This document shows, piece after piece, positions 10,603 through 21,726 of a stretch of 64,000 nt of DNA. The stretch lies in the NCBI GenBank assembly GCA_964036045.1, contig OZ038378.1:173352001-173416000 (forward strand). The letters are read 5' to 3'. Position numbers and translations under genes: made by a program. How positions within the stretch are numbered: the first letter of the stretch is position 1; every line of letters begins with the position of its first letter. Under the pieces are notes generated by a model, which worked only from the letters and a program-made list of their open reading frames with translations, was not told the origin of the DNA and did no database searches. Source of the DNA: Eutreptiella sp. 'Long Island Sound 2002'. Taxonomy: Eukaryota; Protista; Euglenida.

Positions 10603-12765
10603 TCAGTTGTGTCTGCGGGCACTGGGGAACATGGCGCCGCGGACTGCCCTGCCTGACGTGGGGGCCGAGGGCGCTGTGCGGCCATGGTGCCGCGGGGAGC
10701 GTCGGGGGGAGGAACGGGGGGGTGATTGCTGGCGGCTGCGTTTGGCGGGACGGGGCTGAGGGTCGCCCGGGACGGGCGGGCGGTGGGAGGGGGGGGTGTT
10801 GAGTGTGGCGGCGGGGGCGTGCCAAGGTTGCCCATCGTCCCGTCTGCCCTGGACCGTAAGGGACCAGCCCTCGTCGTGCTGAATGACGCGCGTGGGCAGC
10901 GAGACGAAGAGGGAGGTGTGTAGGGCGGGGGCGATGGAGGCGAACGCGTGTCCGCGGCGGGCGTTGGCGTCAGTGACGTACACGACGGTCTGCAGGTTGT
11001 GGGTGAGGGTGACTGCCATGGAGGGGTGCGGGCCTAGGCGGAGGCCTGAGACGCGGACGATGCCGGTGGTGGCTGGCGAGGAGCCGACGGGGGCGAAGGT
11101 GGGGACCGAGGAGGCGGGGGTGGCGCCGGTGGCGGAGGGCGCGGGGGCGCCCGGGAGGGGGGGCTGGCCGAGGAGGGGTGGGGCGGAGAGTGGCGCGGGC
11201 GGGGCGGCGGCGCCAGGGGCTTGCAGGGAGGGCGCTGGCGGTGCGGAGGAGCCAAGGCGGAACCAGTCCAGGTCCGCCGTGGAGCGGGGGGGGAGGGCAG
11301 TTTTGGTGTAGGAGATGAGTTCCTGGAACTGGGCCGGGGTGGATAGACGGCCACACAGCCGTGCGATGGCTGCGCGGAGGGTGTCGGCGGAGGAGGCGTG
11401 TTGGAGGTCCTGGTAGGCCTCTATGGGGAAGGAGGGGGCGCTGGCGATGGTGAAGGCCGCTCTCAGCCAGGGAGTGTCGGCATGGGCCTGAGCGACTGTG
11501 ATGAGGGGCTGGATGGCCTGGAGGGCAGGCAGAGAGGCCGCGGAGGAGGCGGCGGCTCCGTACCGTTGGGAGACCAGGGTGAGGAGCTTGTTGAGGTGGA
11601 GGCGGAGGGTGGGCTTGTGGAGGTCGGGGCAGGAGTGCCAGGCACCCTTGGCGGCGAGCACCAGGCTGGCGGTGGACGTGGAGACCGAGAGGTGCTGCAC
11701 GGTCTTGGGGGGCAGGTGGCAGTTCTTGCCCATGGCCACAATGCACATGGCCGTGTGGTGGGCGTCGGCCTCGGGGACGGAGGAGAGGCCGCCGAGTAAG
11801 GTCAGTGTGTCCTGGGAGCTCGGGGCTGGGCCAGCCTGGAAGAGTGTCTCCCATTCTGACGGGGGTGGTGCGGCCGGCTGCGGGGGCTGGGGACGGGGGG
11901 GGAGCCGGGACAAGGGTTGCGAAGCGTTGGGGGGTGCGGGGGCGGCGGCGGGGGCGGGGACTCCGGACCCCGCAGGAGGGTCGTCTGCCTGCGGGTTAGC
12001 GCGGCGGGCGGCTGCGGTGATGGCGGTGGAGATGTTGGGGGTGCGAATTGAACCATCATCCTTCCGATGGTTCAACTCGGTGTACCACCGTTGGGCTGAC
12101 AGGGGGCAAGGGGCGGGGACACGAACGTGGGGGCTGGCGGGGTCGAAGACGCAGCTGAGGGGGGGGCAGGCCAGCCGGGAGCCGGTCTGCTGGGCCGCCC
12201 AGGTCGCTAGCCAGTGGAGCAGGGCGACCCGGGCGACCTTGGGCTTGATGGCCTCCTCGAAGGCGAGGAGGTCCAGGAGGCAGCGGAAGGGGATGGAGGG
12301 GGGGAGGTCGGGGGAGAAGGGGGAAATGTGGGCGAGGGCGGCCGAGGCGAGAGTGGCCTGGTCGAGGGTGGAGGCACGAGCGCCCCAGTCGATGAGGGCG
12401 CTCATGCAGGAGGCGTAGGGGGGCCACGAGGCGTCGTGGTGTGTGGTGAGGAGGGAGATCTCGTTCTCGGTGAGCTGCTCGGTGAAGGCGAACCACCAGA
12501 GGAGGGGGCTGGCTTCGATGGAGGAGCCGGCGAGGGGGATGGAGAGGACGTCCACATTCGCCGGCATGTGGCGCGCGGAGGCCAGCAGGCGTGGGGGTTG
12601 CTGGGAGTCCAGGGCGATGGACAGGAGGGGCCAGGCGTCGGCCGCCGTCAACTGTTCGCGCTGGAGGTCGGGGGACAGAGCTGAGAATGGGTGTGCCATG
12701 GTGCCTCTGGGGAGCGGAGCAAGGGAGGGTCCGACACACGGCGTGCCGGGGGGTGGGAGGTCCAT
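10603..12765 (-). CDS. Retroelement ORF1-like protein (720 aa, Pro/Ala-rich), function unknown
   Basis: Long ORF with strong C-ending codon bias inside the element. The same frame stays coding-like past the TGA (LALPDTLPASSAPDLPTLAW...). Confidence 0.6.
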   Translation of the reverse strand: MDLPPPGTPCVGPSLAPLPRGTMAHPFSALSPDLQREQLTAADAWPLLSIALDSQQPPRLLASARHMPANVDVLSIPLAGSSIEASPLLWWFAFTEQLTENEISLLTTHHDASWPPYASCMSALIDWGARASTLDQATLASAALAHISPFSPDLPPSIPFRCLLDLLAFEEAIKPKVARVALLHWLATWAAQQTGSRLACPPLSCVFDPASPHVRVPAPCPLSAQRWYTELNHRKDDGSIRTPNISTAITAAARRANPQADDPPAGSGVPAPAAAPAPPNASQPLSRLPPRPQPPQPAAPPPSEWETLFQAGPAPSSQDTLTLLGGLSSVPEADAHHTAMCIVAMGKNCHLPPKTVQHLSVSTSTASLVLAAKGAWHSCPDLHKPTLRLHLNKLLTLVSQRYGAAASSAASLPALQAIQPLITVAQAHADTPWLRAAFTIASAPSFPIEAYQDLQHASSADTLRAAIARLCGRLSTPAQFQELISYTKTALPPRSTADLDWFRLGSSAPPAPSLQAPGAAAPPAPLSAPPLLGQPPLPGAPAPSATGATPASSVPTFAPVGSSPATTGIVRVSGLRLGPHPSMAVTLTHNLQTVVYVTDANARRGHAFASIAPALHTSLFVSLPTRVIQHDEGWSLTVQGRRDDGQPWHAPAATLNTPPSHRPPVPGDPQPRPAKRSRQQSPPRSSPRRSPRHHGRTAPSAPTSGRAVRGAMFPSARRHN

Positions 12766-14839
12766 TGACGGCTGTGGGCGACAGTCGTGGTGCGTGATGA
12801 AGGTGGGGGGGGTTGGTCGGGGTGGGCGGTCCAGAGCTGGGCTCTGGGGGTCGGTGCCGTGTGGTGGTAGTGGGTGTGTCCTGCTACCGGTGTCCTACTA
12901 CGAGGAAGTGATGAGGGTGAAGACTGCTTGGGGACTGAGGCCGGAGAGCCTGGGGCGGGGGAATGGGGCGCTGGCGGCGGGTTATCCCCGGCTGGGATGG
13001 CCGGGGTGCCCTGGGGCCCCGTGGGGGCGGAGGCTCCCCACGTCGGCTGGGTGCGAAACCACGGCCTGTATTTCCGTCACCGAAGTTCTTAGGTTTCGAC
13101 CCCAGGAACTTACCCGCCGCGGGGACTGTGGGCCGGGACGGCCAAGGGGGATGATCATGAAGAGGAAGTGGGGGGCCAGGATGAGCCTGGCGGTCGGCAC
13201 CTTCCTTCGGCCTGGGGGAGGCCGATGCCCGGGGCTATTACCTCTCCCTGGTGTCCGTGGTGCGGTGGTGGGTGGTGGTGTGGTACCCCCCAACCGGCGT
13301 CTGTGCTCGGTGCCGTGGGCACAGACCCCCGTTGGGGGCGGGTATGAAGCGCCCGGTCGCCTCGCCCCCCCTGCACAACAGCCTGCCAGGCGCTGCTAGG
13401 CCTCTAGCGCCAGCTGGAGTGGGGGGGGGCGCTTGGGGCAGTGCGGGGCCCCTCCGCACTCCTAGCGGCCCGCACTGCCTGTATAGCGTTACAAGGGCGA
13501 CGCGGGCTCGAACCGCACGTGCGGGCCGCGCCGCCCCAGCTGGGGTGGGGGACACGGGGGGGACCGGGTTCAGCGTCAGGTGTGACCGCTCGCCGGCTGG
13601 TCACACCACCCTCCACTTCGGAGTAACAGTGCTGGGGTTCTTGGGGCCCCGCCCAGGGTTCTGGGGGCCCCACCCAGGGGCCGTTGGCCCCCCCCGTTCG
13701 GTCTCTGTGCGTGAGGTATGGGTGGGGGGAAGGGACAAAGGCCACTCGCGGCCATGACACACGGCGTGCAGGGAGGGAGGTATGACTCATGCAACGCCAT
13801 GGTGCATGCAGCAGGGGGAAGGGGGGGCAAGGCCTGGACCCCCACCGCGTATGGGGGGGTCCCCTCGTCAGCCCGGCGTCCGCCCGTCGGCGGCCGCGGA
13901 AGCCCACCTCGGTGGCGTCGGCAACCTGTGAAGAAGGAGAGGGGGTGTGGAGGGGAGGTGGGGCATGGTGTGCACGCGGGGAGGGGGGGGGGCTGTGGGC
14001 CGGTTGGCGGGCGCGCGCGCGAGGGGGTAGGGTTGCGGTGTGCTCAGCCGCGAGCGCCACCGTTCGGCTGACCGGGGAAGAGGGGCGGCCGGGGCTGGAC
14101 AAAGTCGGCCGGGGAGCCCGGGGCGCCCGCGGCGCTGGGGGCCACGGTCAGCGGAGGGGCCCGCACCCCGCTCGGCGGGGACGAATCCCGCCGAGCATCA
14201 TCCACGGGGGCGAATCCTGGTGGAGGCGGGGGGAGCGCCACGCCGTCCCCTCGCGGCCGAACCGGACCGGGACGGGCCCCGCCGGATGGATACCGGGGGG
14301 GCGGGCGGGGCTGGGCACCGGGGCTCCGGGGCCCGGGTCCCTGGTGGTTGTGGGCCGGCGCGGGGGAGACCGGGCGGGCCCCTGGGCTGCGGCTGGTGAG
14401 GGGGGGGCGTGGAAGGGCCGGGCGGGCTCGGGGGCGAACCCCGAGAGGCCCCCGGGGGCTGGGCGAGGGCTCCCGAGGGCGGCCGTTCCTTGAAGGGGGG
14501 GGGGGGGGGGTTGCTCCCTGCCCGGGGGACGACGGGGGCCCCTTCTTGAGCGAGGGGGGGGGGAGGGCGTGTATCGCCCGGTGTAGGGCCATGTCGATTC
14601 ATGGCCGCGCGGCATGGGACTATATCCCCAACCCTCCGCGCCGGAGTCCCTTTTTTGGGGGGGCTGAGGGGGGGGGGGGGGGGGGGGGGGGCTGGCGGTT
14701 ATTGTGTGCACCCTCCCATGCGGGGGGGGGGTCGCCGGTGGGAGCTCCGTCCGGCGTGGCCGTGAAACCCGGTGGCGTCCCCTGGGCTCGTGGGCCCCTT
14801 CGAGGAAGAACCTCGGATTCGCCGGGGGGGACTCCGCTA

Positions 14840-14989
14840 TACGGTATGGTATGGTATGGTATGGTATGGTATGGTATGGTATGGTATGGTATGGTATGGT
14901 ATGGTATGGTATGGTATGGTATGGTATGGTGTGGTGTGGTATGGTGCGGTGTGGTGTTGTGTGGTGTTGTGTGGTGTGGTATGGTATGG
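14840..14989. repeat. (TATGG)n grading into (TGTGG)n, right flank of the retroelement
   Basis: Read directly. Confidence 0.95.
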
Positions 14990-15289
14990 GCTCGCCATAC
15001 CCAGGCTTCACGGTACCTCTTAACCTTTTGGAGAGAGAAATAAAATGGCACTCCATTTATAGCTCAATCTTAGGTGACTGTCAGCTACAAATCAGGTAAT
15101 CAGCAACAGCTGTCAAGTATTTGTCAGCAGCCAGCGGTCAATCACCAACTGCAACCCTATAACCGACCGACGATTCTCTAACAACAAAAGAGCCAGCACT
15201 CATGGTGGTCCACAAGCTCCAGCCACCCGACCGTGAGCCCCTACTATGACAAGTATGGACCTTTGGAGGGGTGTCAGACCCCTGCACAC

Positions 15290-15519
15290 TTGGTGTGCCA
15301 AACAGATCCAAGAATGCCTTGTTCTGCGGCTGCTTGTCATACTTCCCACAGCCAATATGCCAATGGTTCTCGACGCTGCCGCTGTTGGAGGGGTGCCCGC
15401 ACAACAGAAAGCACTCCGCTATGGCCTCCTTGCTCACACCTGTGGCTCCTGCATCCAACATCGCCGACACAATACGGACATACATATTGCCCACAGCCAA
15501 TGTGGATGTGGGAAACATC
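15290..15519 (-). CDS. Candidate internal exon(s): 15519-15440 and 15381-15290
   Basis: gccag|G...ACA G|gtgtga and ccaacag|CG...CAA|gtgtgc give phases 2->1->0, linking the 16417 donor to the 8608 acceptor. Both carry an LAVG motif. A single-exon alternative ending AAG|gtccat is also in phase. Confidence 0.45.
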
Positions 15520-16416
15520 CTGGCACAAAATGGCAAGGCCAGGGGCGTGCAAAGTTCCCTTTGCGAAAGGCACCTTGGGTGGGGTGGCAGCAGTTTGCAT
15601 CATGGGGGCATACACCTACTCCCACCAACATTTTGGGCCCTGGAGGCGCAGGGTGGGTGTTGGGGGGTGGGGGGTTGACTCAAACCGTGGCCGGAAAGTG
15701 GTGTTTCTGAGCTATAAGATTTCAAGAATACTGCGTACACACAAGTGGGGGTGGTGAAATGAAAATCTCTTCTCTCCGGCCAGGAAAACAGGAGTCGGGT
15801 CATGGCACTCTACCAAGCCGGCTGGCATGGTCCAGATTGTGATGATTCTTATGGGGCTTCTTGGCTACTGAATGGTGTTTACAAGGTGCCCCCAAGTGAT
15901 ACCTCTGTTTTGACTCGCAACGTCCTTCACCTGCAACCGGTGCCCTTGCCTGTCCATGTGTTTCGTTGCTGAATGGGCTGCACATAAGGGTGGCAGACCA
16001 CTGATGACCGATGAATTCCGAACCGCCACCCCCCCCCCCCCCCGGGCCGTGCGATCCCTTTGCCCTTTTGGGGAGGCGGGTTGAAAAATGTGCACGTGAT
16101 CTGATGTCTGCCGTGAGAACGTGACTTTTTCTGCGTCACTTGAAATTTTCTGCGGTTTTTTTTGCGTGGCTCAGATACAGTAACACGAGCGAATGTCCCC
16201 CCTCCCCTCTGGTCCTGCAGGATCGGGCTGACCTGATTGTTGCATAGGTCTGCTTTGGGTGTGTCGTTTATGCCTCATCTGTGGGTCGGTTGTGGGGAAA
16301 CCCTGTGCATGAATGTGTTTCACCCGGTGTTATACGGTCCTGCAGGCAGGGCGTGCGTGGCAACGGTCTGTCATTGCATTGTGGCTTAGGCAACAGGTAC
16401 ATCATTGGGAACATAC

Positions 16417-16556
16417 TGCCCAGGTCTGACAGCGGACGTTGGCTTGGCCTCTGCAGACGTGGAGGCTGCCGGCTTTGCCACGGGTTTAGCAGCTTTTTGT
16501 GCTTTGGCCGGAGGTGCGGGCTTACCAGTCGCGTTGGAATCCGGTTTGGCAGGGGC
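16417..16556 (-). CDS. Candidate internal exon, Ala/Pro/Lys-rich linker
   Basis: Acceptor tctcttgcgcacag|GCC (phase 0), donor CA|gtatgt (phase 2). APAKPDSNATGKPAPPAKAQKAAKP. Could instead be terminal with a stop at 16386. Confidence 0.5.
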
Positions 16557-17249
16557 CTGTGCGCAAGAGAGCACCGAGCAGTGACGCCAGGGGATCTGAA
16601 GGGTAGCTCTGGCCCGCACATTCCTTCCGACCATGGTTTGTCGGGTGTTGGAGTTGGGGGGGAAATGGACCTTCAGTGCCTTTGCCACCGGCGCCTTTCA
16701 TGCCCCCCTTAGCCCCAGGACGCCTCCAGTGTTTCAATCGTCAGACTTCTTCGGGGATGGGGCGTGACAAAAGCGTCTTTTGAATATGTATTGTTTTTGT
16801 GTATTGAAGCACAATTTGTCCTGCCAAAAAATTCGCTAACACAATTTTTTACCGACGATCAGCCCCCCACACACTCCCGCCAGTACCCTGTACAGCCCTA
16901 TGTTATTCACATTCACCCTGTGCCTCACTCCCCATCCACTCTCGTACGGCAGTTGGAAGGGCGGAAGCGATTTCGAGGCATCAGTTCCGAAACATACTGA
17001 GTGACCACTGCGGTGGCCGCGCTCCAAATGACATGCGCATGGCAGTGTCTGCAACGTTGGGAATGGCGACGACAGCGAGACTGGCAAAGGCAGTGGCACT
17101 GGCGACGGTAGCAGCAAACGACAAATGCAGTCTCGGCACGAGAAAAGAAGAGAACGTAACGATGAGATGCACGGTCAGGCAGGTCAGCGCCGTCACTACC
17201 GAAGGAACCCCTGCTTCTTCTGTGCGACCACCACCGCGCATACTGAATC

Positions 17250-17482
17250 CAGGGCTGTCCTTAGGGGGGAAAAAAAGACCTTCGTAACGCCAACAGAAAC
17301 GAACGCTCACGGGGACGCTCTCTGCTCCTGACCTTCTCTATTTCAAAAATTGGCGGTTGGCGGTTGGCAGTTGGTGCCGGTTGGCAGCGGTTGGCGGTTG
17401 GCGGTTGGTGGTCCCTGGGGGCTGTCCTTAAGAGCTGTCTTTTGGAAACAAAAAATAATCTGGCCTGTGAAGGACAGCCCTG
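17250..17482. mobile_element. hAT-type MITE
   Basis: Perfect 13-bp TIR CAGGGCTGTCCTT/AAGGACAGCCCTG. Flanks actgaatc/cctgacgc (5/8). Internal (GGCGGTT)n. Confidence 0.7.
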
Positions 17483-17535
17483 CCTGACGCTGACCGGTTG
17501 GGACCGACAGGGCCGGGCCGACCGCCTCCACACAC

Positions 17536-17703
17536 CTCCTCTTCCATTGGGGCGAAGCAATCCTTCCAGGAATTGTACAGCATTTGCACATCCTTCGCCT
17601 TTCTCTGCTCGAGGATCGCCAGCACCACCCTTTGTGCAGCAGCCCGGACGTCCCGATGAACGCTGGTGGCCAGCAGCAGCAGGCAACTCACCAGTGGACC
17701 GGC
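17536..17703 (-). CDS. Exon encoding a HEAT-like repeat
   Basis: gccacag|GCC ... GAG|gtgtgt, phase 0-0. AGPLVSCLLLLATSVHRDVRAAAQRVVLAILEQ is a typical HEAT VR.AA...L..+ helix. Confidence 0.7.
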
Positions 17704-18714
17704 CTGTGGCGACATACAGACTTACGGAAGCCCTGCCGCACGGGCGGGCGGGGGTTCGTCTTGCGGTGCATTCAGACGGCTGAAGGGTTTGAGGCAAAAG
17801 ATGTTGGGGTTGCAGGCACAAGTCGTTTTTAAGTCAGTCGCAGGCACCGAAGGCGCGGAAGACTTTTGTTACTGGAATCCAAGGAGGCGAACGCCACCCA
17901 ATCCGCCGCCCTGACTGGGGGGGATTTCAACGGGTGGAGAGTACACTGCCTGATGGGCATTGTGGCCCAGCCCCGTCACTGTTGGAACCCCAGCGGCACC
18001 CGATGGGATGCTGTGCATTGATGAAACGCGCATGTAGGTGGACAGGCCTAGGGACATGGCCCCACGTGGTCGGTGCACCCGCTGTGATGGTCCCAGGATT
18101 GGGATGGAGCTGAGGTGCAATGCGTCTTCGTAGTCTGGACTCCACTGGCTGGGCTGCGCCGGGGTGTGCTGGGCTGTGCCAGGACTTGGATGGGTCATGG
18201 AGGGCTCGCAGGGCTGCACAGGGCCACAGCCCCGCAGTGCCCTGCACAGCCCTGCACCCTTGCGCAGCTTGGCACAGCCCTGCACAGGCCTCCGGAACCA
18301 ATCCAACAGGGTGCCACAAGGCGCGGCAGGGGTGAGGGAGCGGTGAGGGAGCGGTGGAGGAGCGGTGGAGGAGCGGTGGAGGAGCGGTGGGGAGCGGTGG
18401 GGGAGCGGTAAGGGGGGGTTGGGGGAGGGGTGTCGAAGGAGTGGCCCCAGCATGAGCACAAGATGAGCCGTTACTGCATTGTGACTGGGAGGGACAGGCC
18501 GATGGCCCAAGCACCAAGCACCAACGGCAGCAGCATGCCGCAGCATGCCGCAGCGCCAGATTCTGGGAGCTGTTGGTGGGGGTTTTGAAGCATGCCGCAG
18601 CATGCCGCAGCATGCTGCGGCATGCCGCAGCGAGCCAAAATTTTCACATGGCGGACTTTTTTTTCCATACCATGTCAAACCTGTGAACCCTTTGTTGCAC
18701 AGATATCTTAGAAC

Positions 18715-18785
18715 TGGCTGGTAGCTCAGTGGTATATTACCAGGCCCCAGTTTGGAGGGTCCTGGATTCCATTCCCGGAGAGGGT
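18715..18785 (+). pseudogene. tRNA-derived sequence with intact A box and degenerate B box
   Basis: TAGCTCAGTGGTA (A box), AGGGTC variable loop, CTGGA-TTCCATT-CCCGG T-arm remnant. D-stem and acceptor stem do not pair properly. Confidence 0.55.
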
Positions 18786-18865
18786 AATGTTGAAACGGCA
18801 ATTATTTGCCTGCCAGTTCCTCTCTATTGCTGCTCAGACCTTCGCTTTTTTGGTGTTGTTTTGAC

Positions 18866-20974
18866 ATGTCAAATCCTGAAGATACTCAAACTACCGAGGC
18901 ATCACAGGAGTCGCAGGACTCTCAGAAGTCCTCAAGGAACAAGGAGACAACCAGGAGTACAGCAGATTGTTTGCAGTGGGCCATTGGGGAAGGTATTGGG
19001 GACCACCTCAGCCTGACTGACAGCCAAGGTGAGTCACAAAATGGGAGACTAAATTGCAATCTCTGTGCTGTTTGGTTATCTACAAAAGGGGCCATCTTGA
19101 AGGACCATGTTCTGGGGAAAAATGTGAAGCAACCGGACGGTTCGTACGCACGGAAACCTGGAACACATGCTCGTAAAGCTGCTATTTGCCCAGTTGTACC
19201 ACCTCAGAAAGCGGAAGCAACACCTCAACAGCCGCCTACTATTATTGTCAACGTTCCTGCCCCACAACCTGAACCTGCACCAGCTCCTCAGAAAAAGGCA
19301 GCAACGGGTTCCTCCGTTTTGGGGGAGATGCTTCAAAAGGGCGCCGCACTGCAGGAGTTTCAGAAGGACATCACCCGGGCATTTAGTTCTACGAATGTTC
19401 CTTTGGAAAAGTTGGGGCACGTGGAGATGAAGGAGTTTTTTGCCAAATACTTGGCACAGTACCCCTTGGTCCATCCCAACAATTACCGTGGGACTTGGTT
19501 GCCCAAAGTGGGTGACGAACGACGGGCGGATATGAGCGCATCTTTCGGAAACGAGAACATTTTATTGTGATTTTTGCTGATGAATCTGATGATCCCCGAA
19601 CAAATGAGGAATACCAGCTAGCCATCAACGTTCTCCTGCTGCCCAAAGAGTTCAAGTCGGAAAGTGCAGGGGAGTTGGCGTTCCACCTTGACCTCAAATT
19701 TCCTGATGAGGTGAACGCCGTGACTGTGAGTGATGCCATCAACAGCGTTTGTCGAGATTTTCATGTCGCTCAATCAGACGTCCGGTTGTTCGTTCACGAT
19801 TCTCCCCCGTACATGGTTGCGGCTGCTGAACGCTTTAAATCGGTAAAGGGCTATTCTAATTGTGTCCATTTGCCTTGTTGGCCCCATTTATTTGCCAAGG
19901 TGCCTGAGGTTGTGTTTGACAGTGGGTGCCTGGCTGAAGTGAAAGAATTTCATCGTTTAGTGCAACTTTTGTTTGCACGATCGCCATATTGGCGTACAAA
20001 GTGGTATAAATTTCAGAATGCAGCAATGGAACAGTGGAACAAGGTCCACGAACAGTTGAAAGGGGATGCCAAAGAGCGCCATGAGAGGGAAAAGCCCATG
20101 CCCGTTAAGAGTGTTTTGCGTTCCACTGACGTGCGCTGGGCAGCACTATATTTGGCATACATGTATTGGAAAGGTCGTTTTGTCCCTTTCAAGCAGTTTC
20201 TGCTAGACATGGTGAAGGCTCTGGACGATACCCCTGAAACTGTTGGGAAATTGCTTGCTTTGTTGACGGACAACAATATGAAGGTTATAAAAACACAGTT
20301 GGCCTTCGTGGCCCACTATATGCAACCCATATATGATCTTATTGCTAGTTTCCAAAAGCAAACAGGGGGCCCAGCAAACCCTTTGAAATGTTTGGATGAC
20401 ATAAAAAAAAATCTTGGGGCTGCAGCTGGTGGTAAGTTTGATCGCCCTGTGCAACGCCTTTTGGACTCTTTGTCTGCTGCACAGGCACGCACTGTTGCAG
20501 CACAACTCCAGGAAGCGTCACAAATGATGTGCAACACAGTTGACAATTTGTACAAAAAAACAATCAAGAGCCAGGCAAAGACACAAAAAGCCATTGATTG
20601 TTTTAACCCTGATGCTTTGCAAACACCTGCCATGCTATCCCACAGTGAAGTGAGCAAGGAGATCCCTGAGATTCCTCGCACTGAGTGGGAGCGATATATT
20701 GTTTTGCCAGCACCATCTCCCCTGCCAGAAACAACTTCTGCAAGAGTTGCTTGGTGGGAGGTGAAGGCCGCGGACTTCCCTATTCTGTCCTCCATTGCTG
20801 TTTTTTTTTGTCCGTAGGCCTCGCTCCGCATATCATGTGGAGAGGGCTTTCAGTTTGTTGGGACACATCCTGACACATGACCGCCGAAATATGAGCAATG
20901 AGACGTTGCGCCATTTGGCAATCATGTATGTCAATAAAATGGACAAGAAACGAAAATCCGAGGAGGAGGAGTAG
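18866..20974 (+). pseudogene. hAT transposase, frameshifted
   Basis: ORFs 18806-19570 (BED-like CNLC..DH..H), 19567-20817 (D...DE, C.PH, RW motifs; WWE..AADFPILSSIA) and a shifted tail HVERAFSLLGHILTHDRRNMSNETLRHLAIMYVN, the hAT dimerisation ERxFS motif. Frameshifts near 19565 and in the T-run at ~20800-20830. Confidence 0.85.
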
Positions 20975-21217
20975 AAACACAACCATTTATGAGTTGATTC
21001 AGCAGTGTTGACATTTGCAGGGGGTTAGGGCATGTGATTCACTGTGTTTTGGTCTGGTTTTTGAAACCAGTGCTGCTTTCGGAAAATGCTGGTACCCTTA
21101 ACCAACAGCTTGAAGCATGCCGCAGCATGCCGCAGCGAGCCAAAATTTTCTTGGGGACCGTTGGTGGGCTGAGGGTTGAGCCCCCGGGAGTGGGAAGCCA
21201 CATCAGGCCCCACACAC

Positions 21218-21433
21218 CTGAGACATGGGGTCAAACAGGTCTTTGCTGAGGCAGGGATTGGGCGGCAGGAATTGAGCCTCAAGTACCCTCACGACTCCCA
21301 GCAGCTCCCTTGGGGCCTCGCCCATGCGGTCCATGGCTTCGGCGGACAGCATGAACGGGTCGCGGCCAAGGAACCCCTTCGAAAACCAGGCATCAGTCTG
21401 CGGCAACGGGGACGTGTAGAGTGGCACCCAGGC
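21218..21433 (-). CDS. Internal exon of the long minus-strand gene
   Basis: tcccccatag|GCC ... CAG|gtgtgt, 72 codons, phase 0-0 (AWVPLYTSPLPQTDAWFSKGFLGRDPF...). Confidence 0.6.
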
Positions 21434-21624
21434 CTATGGGGGACGGAGATCAATGATGGACTAAAGGCCATGGAGCGGAGCAGGACGGGGCTTGGCAGGG
21501 GGGGAGGAAGTGGCGCTGCACCACTCAACCATCTGTCGAAAATCATGGGGAGGCTGCTCTGGGGAGTGATAAGACGTAATTAAGGTGAGCTAAGTGAAAG
21601 TGGTGGTGGTGGGGGGTGCCTAAC

Positions 21625-21726
21625 TTTACTCAAGACAGGAGCACTGTGGTTCAAAAAGGCGCTGTGGAGGGTCCCACACAAGGACTGGGCCCGGCGGCCA
21701 GCCTCCGTGTAAGGGGAGGGAGAGCT
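21625..21726 (-). CDS. Candidate internal exon
   Basis: ctctcttctacag|AGC ... AAA|gttagg, 34 codons, phase 0-0. Confidence 0.4.

Larger units (their letters stand above)
8988..14839 (-). mobile_element. Non-LTR retrotransposon (I/Ingi-like RNase H plus C-terminal zinc knuckle), internally deleted and RT-less, with an (AAC)6 tail
   Basis: Very GC-rich block bounded on both sides by (TATGG)n. (GTT)6 at 8988-9005 is a minus-strand (AAC)n 3' tail. It carries a 720-aa ORF1, a CxxC-CxxC ribbon, the C-terminal half of RNase H and a CPFC..HLQYHC knuckle. No EN or RT motifs found. Confidence 0.75.
18519..21166 (+). mobile_element. hAT-superfamily DNA transposon (defective)
   Basis: Transposase remnant inside. 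Candidate TIR CACCAACGG (18519)/CCGTTGGTG (21166). Subterminal GCATGCCGCA arrays at both ends. No matching TSD, so the termini are tentative. Confidence 0.7.

Noticed and set aside
10800-13400. Plus-strand ORFs over the retroelement
   Set aside because: Shadow ORFs of a very GC-rich minus-strand sequence, with no motifs.
14740-14839. HDV-like ribozyme at the element 5' end (TCT-TCCTCGA-AGG resembles P3/L3)
   Set aside because: No complementary P1 strands or following GG for P1.1 could be placed.
16000-16030. CTGATGA hammerhead core candidates (also at 26107 and 42064)
   Set aside because: No stem II plus GAAA in the required arrangement.
17030-17249. Gag-like knuckle RNPCFFCATTTAH on the plus strand
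   Set aside because: Incomplete CCHC, cut by a MITE, with no other retroelement domain nearby.
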